This document shows, piece by piece, positions 36,852-48,776 of a DNA stretch of 64,000 bases. The number at the start of each line of letters is the position of its first letter. Position 1 is the stretch's first letter. The notes below the pieces were generated by a model that saw nothing but the letters and a program-made list of their open reading frames with translations, made no database searches and had not been told where the DNA came from. Position numbers and translations under genes: made by a program. The stretch is from Mytilus trossulus (lineage: Eukaryota), in the NCBI RefSeq assembly GCF_036588685.1, contig NC_086381.1:1612001-1676000 (forward strand), in the 5' to 3' direction.

Positions 36852-38583
36852 TAATTCTGTTCACATTTCGAGGAAAACATCATCTTCATTATATCCTGAT
36901 GTTGAACAGATGGTTAGTCTATTTTCTGTACAGGAGTAGTTACTGTTAACGAGTTTAATGGGTTTTTTAGAACAAAAGATAAATGCTTTGTAAAAAACTT
37001 TTATACAGATCTATATTTCACAAAACAAATGTTACTTAAAAATTGTCAATATACCTCTTTTTCAATGGAAAAATGACCGAAATTTTGCTTTAAAGAATGT
37101 AAATTGGAGTTTTGCATTTACGACGATCTGCATTCCATTTGCGCCGATTTTTTTTCCTGATCGTACCCGTAAGTTCCTAAGCCTCAGTCTTTCGGTCAAC
37201 TATCACATGTTTATGTTCTTTCTGTGTTTGACAATAGGTTCCCCATTAGAATCCGTTGTGACTCTGGCTATTCACGATTTAAAGGTACATTGGTAAGATA
37301 CATTATTTTTCAGGACACTGACCTTTCGATATGTATTGCCGTCGATAATTAAAGAATTGACCCCTCTGGTCGTTTAAGTGAACTATATGTCCATCGTGTA
37401 ACAACAAAGTTCCAGAACAATATGAATAAAAATAAACTTAAAATGGTTAACTTTTATAAATAGTTATTTGGATAGAGAATTGTCTCATTAGCACTCATAC
37501 CACATCTTCCTATATCTATTAAACATAAGTGAAAACGTTTATAACCAGATTTACCAATATACCTTCAATGTAAAGTACAAATTAAAGTATTAAAAAAAAT
37601 TACCTGTAAATCCAATTAGGAGAAATTATAAAATCGGCGCAAATGAAAGAATGCAATTTTTCAAAAATCGGCGCAAATGTCATACGCACAATATACCGTA
37701 ATATTGACATTTTGTGAACGAAGAAAATAAGGCGTTTTTCCCCCCTATTTTAATCTTGAAGAAATTAAGTTCTTGAGGTATGGGCATTGCTCATTATTGA
37801 AGACCGTGTGGTGACTATAGTTGTTAATTTGTTTGTCATTTTTGTCTCTTGTGGAGATTTGTCTCATTGGAAATCATACCACATCTTCTTGTTTATAGAC
37901 TTACGTTTCAGGAAATCGTTACAATGATAAAAAGCTAAAGCATATCTTACATAGACTTTCCAGAGCAGATGGATTTATCTATGGTAGTCATACACTCATT
38001 TATTTACTTTACTCTATGTAGTCGACATCTCAAATTAAATAAACACAAAATAATTCAGTATATTTAATTCTACAAGTTCACTATTGAATTATCCGATATA
38101 TTTATGGTTTTCTTTGTGATTTTGTACAAAATGATATTGAATCTACATCCATACCTCTACACTTCAATAAATTACAAACGTCTGCTGGACGGATTCACAT
38201 TTTTTTTTCTCAATTAGACAACAACATTTAATTGAGTGCACCTCATTCATGTTATTTAGAAACAAAAAAGAAGAAAAACATGGTTTCCGTGGTGGTTTCC
38301 TTAAAATTAGTTCGTAAAGAGTGTAGTACACTTAATAAAAATCTATAATAGTTTGTGACACTAAATTAAGTTATGTTACGAATAGCTGGAGCATCGTGTG
38401 ACCCTGGGCTTACTTTGTTTCTAAAGTTTACTTTTTTGTTGTTAACATATGTTCTCTTTCTTGATTTTGTATGACACAATGTTCAACTTCTAATGATTAC
38501 AATCGATCTTTTCGTGCGATATCTTAAAAAATTCAAACTATGGCTAAATCCATTTAGTGCAGTTACTGTGTGACACTTTTGCA

Positions 38584-40746
38584 CTAAAAGTCGCAAGATA
38601 TCATTTCTTTTTTCTGTACAACTTCGCCGTTTGGAGCACTTTGTCCAGGTCGTATCAATGCCGCCCAGACGACACCAGATGCGGCTTGGTCAGCTGTCTG
38701 TAAGGCTGTATCCTGGCATACCCCACCCCGAAACTCCACACTGCCATCGGTATCAGTCCATCCCGGACAACAAGCATTGATAAGTATATTCTTTCTTGGA
38801 TCGCCTTTTAAATCACGCGATAAAATTTTAGTCATTGCAACTATTAAGGTTTTTGTCATTTGCTTAGGGGATTCTGGCCACCCACCATTTGCATGCGTTC
38901 CTGTCTTTGAAGCTTTTATATAAAAGTCCATCACTAGCCACAAATCTGACAGCGACATTGTTGAAACGTCCAATTTATTCTGCGCATGTTCACCTAGTGC
39001 ACTTTTCTTTCCGATGTAACTGTTCGTAAGATTAACAATTCTGCCATGCGGCCTTATCAAGGGAAGAAATATTTTACACATGTTTAAAGTTCCCATGAAA
39101 TCAACTTCGTAGCAAAGTTGTGCCTGTCTGAAAACTGGGACTTTATCCTTTCCAAAACTGACGCCTGCGTTGTTAATAAGTATGTCTATTCCGCCATATC
39201 GTTCGATAATGAACTCTTCAAACATGCGAATACTGTCTGGCTGTGAGACGTCAAGTTCATGGAATATTGGATTAAGACCTTCCTGTTTTAGTCTTTCTAC
39301 AGCCTTTTTACCATTTTCTGACATTCTGCTTGTTAAATACACATCACCGCTAAATTGTTTACATAGGTGCCGAACGATGGCGAGACCAATACCCCTGTTC
39401 GCTCCCGTTACTACTGTAACTTTTCTCATCCTGAAAAATATACATATTCATCAAATAAGATGTGTTAAAGTTAATATCAAGATAGATAAAGAAAATAACT
39501 TTGTAACCGCTCGTTGCAAATAGACCATATATGGCCTGACAGTGTATCATTGTATATTGGTAACTTGTTATCCAAAGACTAACCCCTGATAATTTTCATC
39601 ACGTATTGAGAAGTGGCATGCAGTACTATGTCTTTTTATTTGTAAAGTTCATGAAGATATATATAAATATTTTAATGAACTCTACATTTAAAATTATATA
39701 TATTTGGATGGGGTGAAGCGGAGAAAGCATTTCGTGCTACTACCTTGTCCGTCTGTTAATTGGTTCCGTTCTCTTTGTTTCTTTTTGTATTACCTTTTAA
39801 GTTTGCCTCAACCAAACTGGTCGTATATGTGCTGAAATTAGAATCTTTGTCTGTGACTTATGGAATTGTGTGTCTCCCCCATAAAATTAAAATAAAAAAA
39901 AAAAGAAACAAAAGGGACATTTTTTAAGATGATTTAAACAAGCAAAATTCTTTCAAAATCTGTGTTTTTCTGATATCGAACATTCGGACTTCTTAAAGTT
40001 TATTTTTTTTCTAAGATGTTTAAACTGTGCTTTTTACTTTTCCGACAGTTTGTATAATAATTTGATATAGCATCTATGTTTTGATTTTTTTTTATTGTAA
40101 GATTTTAAAGCGTGTGAAAAAATCCCTAATGAGATTATGTTAATCCGTCAATATTTTTGTCGTAAAGTGACAATCATTCCATTATCCCTTTACATCAGTT
40201 CTTGCATGTCCAGAACATGTTTTAGAGAGATGAGACTGCCACTCGTATAAACTATTTGTCATTGCTGTATAATTCTAGTGACATAAATCCGTTTACCAAT
40301 CTTTATCTATTGTTACTCTTAAAACTTTCTCTCAGTTTTATTGTTAATAATAATCTTAATACACAAAACCGATTGTATGACTCTATAATTTGTTGGCGAA
40401 AGCTTAATCATAAGTCGGAACCAGCTTTTCGAACTGACACCAGCCTTTATCTGAACGTGAAAATAAAATTCCATAGTGAAATAGCTCTACCAGTCTGGTT
40501 TTATCCGCCTTTGTGTTTGGCATCTATAGGCAGATAACAAATCGTCAGTCACTGCCTGTATTTCGGTATCATTGACAGTTTTCGCAACATATTTCCAATT
40601 TTTACAAGTCCATAGCTGATTTACTGATCCAAAATCTAATTTTACGAAAGAGATTCCTTTATTTCTTTTTAAAAAATCCAACTGATACGGAATCAATCGG
40701 CAGGGCGTAGGTACCTTATTCGGGGGTCCTGCTAATTCCCTTAAAT
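38584..40746 (-). CDS. Carbonyl reductase (CBR1)-like short-chain dehydrogenase/reductase with atypical active site and N-terminal extension; start codon unresolved
   Basis: Exon 39430-38584 (ttttcag|G ATG AGA...) encodes VTGANRGIG, HELDV, GGIDILINNAG, INACCPGW. Upstream open exon ~40746-40491 ends GAC TG|gtagag, and TG+G gives Trp in frame. Confidence 0.8.
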
Positions 40747-40924
40747 CTACATCCAGGAAACAGAACAGATTCCAATATAAATGGAGATGAAGCTTGTGAC
40801 ACTTAGTTTGTAATAATTTTATAATAGATATAAGAAAATGTGGTATGAGTGCCAATATCTTCAAATCTGTTTTATGTTATATTAGTTAATTTACCAAACG
40901 CTCGAATGTAATGCTTAGATTTCT

Positions 40925-41148
40925 AAGGCCCCTCATGGGGGGTCCTAGTAATCACATAATCACCATTTTTTTGCCAATATAATCACATAATCATTAAATA
41001 TTTGCTTATCTTTAGTAATCAAATAATCATAAACTAAAAATACAGTCCTAGGTAATCAAATAATCATGAAATATTTGGCTTAATAATCAAATAATCATTA
41101 AAAAAACGGCCAAGTAATCACATAATCAAAAACCCCATGAGGGCCCTC
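40925..41148. mobile_element. MITE with 16-bp TIRs and 6-bp TSD
   Basis: ATTTCT|AAGGCCCCTCATGGGG ... CCCCATGAGGGCCCTC|ATTTCT; internal TAATCAMATAATCA repeats. Confidence 0.75.
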
Positions 41149-42190
41149 ATTTCTTAAAGATGTATTTGCATGCGTGTTCTGGAATTTAATGCTTCTCAGT
41201 ATGAATTTTTAACTTAGATTTCTGATAATTCGTTCCAAACTGTTTGTTTTCCAGTGGTATATTTTGCATGCTCAAATAAACTTCATAACAACATCGGAGA
41301 TGTATAAAGAGTGAAATGTGTAGATGCATAAATATACAAAATTACAGTTATTACATATAAAATTCTATAATTCATCAGATCACTCTTCTTAAGAAGATAT
41401 TTAAATTGAGAAATACCGAGTATAACTATTATCTTGATCCCGGAATTCAATTTGGTGAACTTTTGTGGCATATTTTGCATATAATGAATACAAATCCGAC
41501 TAAAGTACTTCAAAAATTGCTGATAATAGAGGTCGCGGTGCTCGCATCACATCTATAAAATTGGTAATTTAATTGGATACATTTAATACAATACTAAACC
41601 GAGAGCTCTGAATGAGCTAACTGCAACGTATTATTTAGAAAGTTATGGAATATCTTGTCAGTGATCCCATAATTTTTTTTAATTTTATAGTGAAAAACTC
41701 TAATGCGGCTACTTATCGAAACTCCCTAGTCTTTACAATTAAATAAAGTTGCCTCTGTATCTGAGCTCTGTATACATACTATAGCCTAAATTAGTAGTGC
41801 TACTGCATGTATTCCCCTGTCCTTCACGTCAAAAGATGAAGTTAGGTGCATATACAAACATATTGTAGACTTTATTTACAAACAAAGCCATAACATCCAT
41901 CTTATATAGCACAAAACTACAACATATACCTTGTATTGTATACAATTTTCCAAGTTAGTTTAAGATGTTGTTTCTTCGTAAATGGATAACAAATTTACTA
42001 TATAAGAGGATTGTGTTGTGAATCAAAAAATAATGTTATTGTCAATGAATATGTTATTTACATGACTGATTTATTAATAACCTACCTTAATTTTTAAATT
42101 GTTATTTGGATGGAGAGTTGTCTCATTGGCACTCACACCACATCTTCCTATATCTACATGCATTAATTGACAATATATATTTATGCTTAC

Positions 42191-42260
42191 CTGTCGTCTG
42201 TCTCAGGTGTAACCGGAAGTGATTGTAACGACCGGTAACCAGTCAAACATAACAAATCGA
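42191..42260 (-). promoter_or_regulatory. Candidate first exon / promoter of the SDR gene
   Basis: Strong donor CAG|GTAAGC (GT at 42190-42189) and consensus ETS site ACCGGAAGTG at 42212-42221. Confidence 0.45.
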
Positions 42261-43677
42261 TTCAACTCTTATTGATAAAGATCAATACAAGATCTTTTAA
42301 AGACGACAAACACCGGGGACAAAATTTGAAAAAAAATCTTTTGAAATTTAAATGGACAATGTAAATAATGACAAAATCAATATGTACGTTATAATTTTCA
42401 TTTCAAATTCAAATATTTTGATACTTATTTTTTAAAGCGTAAAATGTCTTTTAAAATTTTCTTTACAATGAGTATGATACGTTGATTATGTTTACATCTG
42501 ACTATAAAAGACAAATTTCATAGTAGACTGAGGGTATTAGCCACTTTCTGGAAAATAGCTTACAACCAGATATGTATTAAAAAAGAGCTGAACAGATACT
42601 ACATGGACTATTTCAATATAAAAAGACATAATAGTTGAAGTTCAATTCCTTGAAAATCCTGATATAACATTTCTCTTTTCTCATTTTGTATATCAATTAT
42701 TTCTTTCTTGTTTTAGGTATGTATCCGTCACTAGTATTTTCCAATATTTGCCCCTGGACGTTAAGCAATCTACAATCAATAAAATATTTTCCATAAATTA
42801 GAAAAACAAAGTTTGATTTCAGCTTCACTAGCGAAATTGACTCCACATCGTGTTTTTTTGTTGTTGTTGTTTTACGCTGGAAAGGAATTATGGTTTTTGT
42901 GCATCTAGCCTTTCTATAACCTTTTCAGAATAGTATTATGTTTGCATCATTTGTAACCGTCAGCTATTAAAGGCCCCGAATTGAAAATGTTAAAACATAT
43001 CGAAATAGTTAACTAACGCCCTAACCAAGGATTTAAAACCTGCACTAACCAAGGAATTATATATTTTTTTAAATATACAATTCCTTGCCCTAACTTAGAA
43101 CAAAGTAATTGACGAAAATCAAATATAACATACATGTAATGACAACAACCACTGTATTTAAGCTCCTGACTTACTAGACAGTCACATGTATTATATCATG
43201 GCAGGGTTAAGCATGTGTGTGAGCGCTCAACCCTCCTCTTACATGGGACAGGGGTGTAACAGTACAACATATGACCAAACTATAAACATGCTAGTGAGCG
43301 GTTTACCTTTACCTAACATGACACAGTGGTGTAAAAGCAAACTGTTAACATATGTAGCAATTGGCTTAACTCAAAAGATCGGTACGAGGCGCCAAAAACC
43401 GCTAACACGAAAACAAGAAACAAAGCATCGAAATAGGAGTAAACATAGTTACTGGAAGCTATTTCAAAGCCAATTATAACTTTCATGAACTCCAAGACTC
43501 ATGTATCTATCAGTACACTGACATCCAACAGATTTAATGTAGAGTAGTCACGAACAGTCCGAGAAACATAAGACCTTGTGCAATGACAAAACACACGTAA
43601 ACAGTATCGACAGGATGTAAGCTCACGAGTCTACGTAACTTCACAGATCTTCATATATACCACTGGGGCTATTTATA

Positions 43678-44860
43678 TAAAAAAGAAGATGTGGTATGAT
43701 TGTCAATGAGACAACTACCCACAAAAAGACCAAAATGACCCAAACATTAACAACTATAGGTCACTGTACGGCCTTCAACAATGAGCAAAGCCCATACCGC
43801 ATAGTCAGCTATAAAAGACTCCGATAAGATAATGTAAAACAATTCAAACGAGAAAACTAACGGCCTTATTTATGTAAAAATTTTTACGAAAAACAAATAT
43901 GTAACACATAAACAAACGACAACCACTGAATTACAGGCTCCTGACTTGGGACAGGGACAAACATAAATAATGTGGCGGGGTTAAACATGTTAGCGGGATC
44001 CCAACCCTCCCCTAACCTGGGATAGTGGTATAACAGTACAACATAAGAACGAACTATAAAAATCAGTTGAAAAAGGTTGAACTCATCAGATAGACAAAAA
44101 ATACAAGTGGACGTGGCCGGGTACTTATACATCCCGACACAAAAAGACACAATGAACAGATCTGAGAGTACTCGCAGTTATCTGACAGCTAGTTCAAAGC
44201 CATTAACAACTAATGAAAAAATCATGCATCTAAGACTAAACAATCAATCCGTACACATCCAACATACAATGGATTTAGTGTAAAGACCTCATAAACAGCC
44301 AGGAAAAAAAACATGACCTTGTGCAATGCCAAGTTACAGCAGGTATCGACAGATTGTAGATCCATGAAAATGTATATGTATATAACATACTAGTGATATT
44401 TAGTTAGCTTTTAATCTACTGATAACAAAATCAATATTTATACCAATAAAAACAATATTCAGTGATCTTATTACAGTGTTGGATATGTAACCTTTTATAA
44501 TAAGTTTATTTAAAGGAGCAACAAGTTTACATGGATCATTTCTAAATTTCCGGGCACGGTTAACAACATTTCCGTAAAATTGAGGATGTGCTATCCCGTT
44601 TGAAATAAGGTACAACCAAACTTCAAAACCAAATCTTTATATCTATGGAAAAATTTAGTAAAGGTTTTAAGTAATTTATGGTAACGATATCCCTGGTTTA
44701 ATAATTTACCAGTAATACACAGGTTGCGTTCGTTAAAATCAAAAACGTCACAACAGACACGGGCATAGCGAACAAGTTGTGAAATATAAACACCGTAAGA
44801 TGGTGCCAAAGGAACATTACCATCTAAAAATGGAAAATTAACAATAGGGAACGAAAAATC
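43678..44860 (-). mobile_element. 5'-truncated Penelope-like retroelement (Naiad-like): RT C-terminus plus ~720-nt 3' UTR
   Basis: FSFPIVNFPFLDGNVPLAPSYGVYISQLVRYARVC...KLLNQGY is a PLE-type post-RT region; frameshift near 44610; stop at 44400 with no C-terminal GIY-YIG; the 3' end matches many short copies in the window. Confidence 0.75.
44234..44300 (-). promoter_or_regulatory. Eukaryotic type II SECIS element in the PLE 3' UTR
   Basis: Minus strand GGCTG-TTT-ATGAG-GTCTTTACAC-T-AAA-TCCA-TTGTATGT-TGGA-T-GTGTACGGAT-TGAT-TGTT-TAGTC: AUGA/GA quartet, helix II, unpaired AAA, apical mini-stem and helix I are all present. Confidence 0.75.
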
Positions 44861-45446
44861 ACTGGTTTAGTCATATATTTTTTTCAAAATCAATGTAATT
44901 ACAAAGAAAAAACACTGACTATCTAAATATTCAACTACTGTGTTAAATTGATAACCTTTAAAAAATAAGTTAATTCTTGTAAGGATCAATTAGATTACAT
45001 GGATCGTGTCTAAATCTGCGGGCTATATAAATAACATCGTCGTACAAATTAGGATGCGCTATCCCGTTTTTGATAAAAGTCATAGGTACATCCAAACTTT
45101 TTAAACAAATCTTTGTATCTATGAAAAAATTTGGCAAGTAAGTTGAACTTTATTTTGATTCGGCATATTGACAAACATATTACAACATGAGCTCTATTAA
45201 GCTTTTCATCGTAGATTTTATATAATAATCAATTTGTGGTTACGTTGTTTCTGGTTCTTATTCTGATAAACCTCATTTAAACAATTGTATTATATTTATA
45301 CTTCGATTTAATTCATTTCTATCTCATTTATACAATTGTGTTCTGATCCTTTTAGCGACTCTATAATTCTTAGAAATTTGAGTTCGATCGATATAATCTA
45401 TTCCTTTAAGGTGATTCCTTTGACTAGTATTTCATTTTCGCCGGCT

Positions 45447-46122
45447 CGGTTATTGTTCCTTTTATGCCATTGCACCTCGGTTATTGTTCCTTTTTATGTT
45501 ATTTGTAAAGTGGTTATTGTTCCTGTTATGCCATTGCACCTCGGGTTTTGTTCCTTTTATGTTATTTGTACAGTGGTTATTGTTCCTTTTATGCCATTGC
45601 ACCTCGGTTATTGTTCCTTTTTAGGTTATCTGTACAGTGGTTATTGTTCCTGTTATGCCATTGCACCTCGGTTTTTGTTCCTTTTATGTTTATGCTATTG
45701 CACCTCGGTTATTGTTATTTGAACAGTGGTTATTGTTCATTTTATGTCATTGCACTTCGGTTATTGTTCCTTTTCATGCCATTGCACCTCGGCAATTGTT
45801 CCTTTTATGCCATTGTACCTCGGTTATTGTTCCTTTTATGCCATTGTACCTCGGTCATTGTTCCTTTTTGTGTCATTGCACCTTGGTTATTGTTCCATTT
45901 ATGTCATTGCACCTTGGTTATTGTTCCATTTGTGTCATTGTACCTTGGTTATTGTTCCATTTGTGTCATTTCACCTTGGTTACTGTTCCTTTTATGTCAT
46001 TGTACCTCTGTTATTGTTCCATTTTATGCCATTTCACCTCGGTAATTGTTCCTTTTATGTCATTAAACTTCGGTTATTGTTCCTTTTTATGTTATTTGTA
46101 CAGTGGTTATTGGTCCTTTTAT
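45447..46122. repeat. ~30-bp minisatellite
   Basis: TTATGCCATTGCACCTCGGTTATTGTTCCT-like unit, >20 diverged copies; explains the overlapping repetitive ORFs. Confidence 0.9.
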
Positions 46123-46328
46123 ATTAGGCCTTTCGTGTCATTTGCACCAGCTTGGCGGTCTTCTGGTCCGTCTACATGATTCGATTCCTTGTATATACAC
46201 GAAGGTCCTTCCTTGATTATATCGTAGTCTTCTCTTAATCTTTTGTACAGTTATTTCCTGTTCCTTGTATCTGTTTCCTTTCTAACTCTTTTAGACTGAT
46301 TTCCTGTCTCCAATATCTGGTTCCTTTC

Positions 46329-47723
46329 TCACTCTTTTGTACAGTCATCTCCTGTGCCTTGTATCTTGTTCCTCTCTTTCAATTTTGTACAGTTATCTTC
46401 TGTTTCTTGTACCTGGTTCTTCTCTAACTCTTTTGTACAGTCTCTTATTCCTAGGGTCGGATTAATTCCAATTGAATATGTGCAGTTATTTCCCATTATG
46501 TTTGTCCAACTACTTTCTACATCGTACACATGTTTGTTACCTATTATGTCTATTTGGTTCATTTCTATTTCTTCTTCTGTACTATTTGTCGTGTCCTTTA
46601 TCTTTTTCGATTCTCTCTTGTATGCACAATAGTTACACATTTTTCTGAAGATCAGAATGACCTCATTCCTCATTTTGGAAGACATTAAGAAATAGATGAC
46701 GAAGTTTGAGATACATCCTACTATTGTTATTAAGTTAATAACCTCCATGGGAAACTTAAAGATGATATATCTGTATTGGTCACTTCCTCGAACCATATCT
46801 GTAAAATATACCAGTAACCATGACATCGCATTCTCATACCTACGTATCAACCACAAAGAACTCATTTCATTACCTCTGGTCATCTTGGTGCTAAAATGAC
46901 CAGTGATATACTCATAACACCACCATAAGTACAAAATTACTTTTGGAACTTCTGTCAGAAGAAATACCACAAGAATCATATTCACCATTATAACTGATCT
47001 CCTTTCCTGCCTTCTCTGCTCCGTAATCCGACCCCGGAACTTGTTAGTTAGTAATTTGTATAATATATATACTGTAGACATCAGCATGACAAGACAACAA
47101 CACGTGACTAAAATGGTCTGAAGCATCAGGTAATATATAGACGAATACTGCAGTACGCCGTCTCCTATTGGATGAAAAGAACATTGGTTGTTTATGCTAT
47201 TGCCTTGCTGAAACCAAGCGCTGAAATGACGCGGAATACTGATTGAAATGGACAAAAGGAAGAATCCTACACAACAGATGGCGGCCTTCTTGTTTGTCAG
47301 TTGATATTTTGTCCAAATTGGGAATAGAATGGCTACGACCTTCTGTATGCCAAGACATGTTGTGATCAAGTATGATACTGTGTGGAATGTAAACGATAAT
47401 ACTGAAAGATGAAAAGCCATCGAACAATACGGGTAAGGTAAATAACACTTGTTATATAAAAATACATCCTTCTTTGTCTCACAAATATATTGTGACTGAA
47501 ACAATGGTTCAAATCCATAGTGTGACAACGCTGTTAGAAAATCCGCGGCTGCTAAACCTTGCATAAGTATTGTAGCTGGCGAAAGCAAAGTTTTACGACA
47601 AAGTATAGCAAATACTATAACGTTCATTATCATTGCTATATAAGAAATAACATAACCAGCTTTGTAAACGTCCAGTAAAAACTTATCTGTGTCCACACTA
47701 AAATTGTCATAATAACTCATCAT
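46329..47723 (-). CDS. Intronless class A GPCR, sex-peptide/FMRFamide-receptor-like (Srw-type) orphan, 464 aa
   Basis: Seven hydrophobic helices; TM1 Asn (IMNVIV), TM2 LAAADF, TM3 Cys, GIQK in place of DRY, TM6 FLLTEVP, TM7 SNFVIYFLMSSKMR. Confidence 0.88.
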   Translation of the reverse strand: MMSYYDNFSVDTDKFLLDVYKAGYVISYIAMIMNVIVFAILCRKTLLSPATILMQGLAAADFLTALSHYGFEPLFQSQYICETKKDVFLYNKCYLPYPYCSMAFHLSVLSFTFHTVSYLITTCLGIQKVVAILFPIWTKYQLTNKKAAICCVGFFLLSISISIPRHFSAWFQQGNSINNQCSFHPIGDGVLQYSSIYYLMLQTILVTCCCLVMLMSTVYILYKLLTNKFRGRITEQRRQERRSVIMVNMILVVFLLTEVPKVILYLWWCYEYITGHFSTKMTRGNEMSSLWLIRRYENAMSWLLVYFTDMVRGSDQYRYIIFKFPMEVINLITIVGCISNFVIYFLMSSKMRNEVILIFRKMCNYCAYKRESKKIKDTTNSTEEEIEMNQIDIIGNKHVYDVESSWTNIMGNNCTYSIGINPTLGIRDCTKELEKNQVQETEDNCTKLKERNKIQGTGDDCTKE

Positions 47724-48730
47724 AGTATATCAGGTCACGTGGCTTCAAACCTGATATTATAATAACTTACAGTTTTTTTGCAGATATTACTGCAACCTTT
47801 TTTCCCGGTATATGCGAAATAAACTTTTCTGGCAAACATATATCAATAAGATATAGATGTGTTACTCCTTTTTATAATATAGCACAGTTCTATCACCAAT
47901 AAGATATCAATAAGTTTCCATTATTGTAATCCGGTATATGTTATTTTCAACAAATAAAATCTCAAAAGGTCGTCAGTATTCCGGACTGATATAGTCACCA
48001 ACTCATACATAATTATGTTAAATATGGTTCTAAACTTTGTGATTAGTAGTAGAACCATAAGGCCACTAAACTTGGCCTGCGTAAATCATTATTGATGTAT
48101 TAATTACAGAATATAATATGTTATTGTTCCGTCAAGAACCTACAGGGCACATACAACATAGTTGACAATCATAATTTCTAGACTTATCAACAAAAATGCC
48201 CCCAACGATAAACTTGTAAATACTAAAAGTCAGCTGCTATTCAATAAATCCAGCCGTCACAAGTTTACAATTGTCCTTTGATTCTTTTTTCATTTTTAAC
48301 AATTTGGATGATTTTTCTTTTCTTTCGCTGATAAGATTTATATATAAACTGTTCATCCATCGGACTGATCGTTTTGTGAATGAATTAACAACTTTATTTT
48401 TTGCATTGAAATTCTGTACATGGAAGTTTGGAACATTACATAAAGTTAAGTCTACGTTTGTTCCGGTTCTGTCTGTGCATTTCTGTCTGAGTTTTTCTTA
48501 GAAATACAACTTTGTATATACTAGTATATAAGATTATAGGAGGGCCGGACACAATGTTTATAATACAAAATGTCTGTTTTTGTTATTTTTTTCGTAGGGT
48601 CACTGATATGCTTTTACCGACATATCTTTTTTCTGCATACTTTATAATGAATTATAGCAAATTACCGACAAACCAGATGTCGCAAAAGAGCAGAATACAC
48701 CAAAGGTAAATAGTGAAAGGTCAAATTTAG

Positions 48731-48776
<46 letters not shown>

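Noticed and set aside
41417-41480. MQNMPQKF...IVIL as the start exon of the SDR
   Set aside because: Phase-compatible but the donor (G|GTATTT) is weak and there is no homology support; left unresolved
42203-42250. ATG-initiated frame in the putative SDR first exon
   Set aside because: Stops after 15 codons before the donor; at most a uORF, or upstream of the TSS
44060-44095. CTGATGAG in PLE tail A (also at ~22729) as a possible hammerhead
   Set aside because: No downstream GAAA or helix II/III, so the catalytic core is incomplete
45336-46179. Several long overlapping Cys/His-rich ORFs
   Set aside because: Translation of a 30-bp minisatellite in all frames
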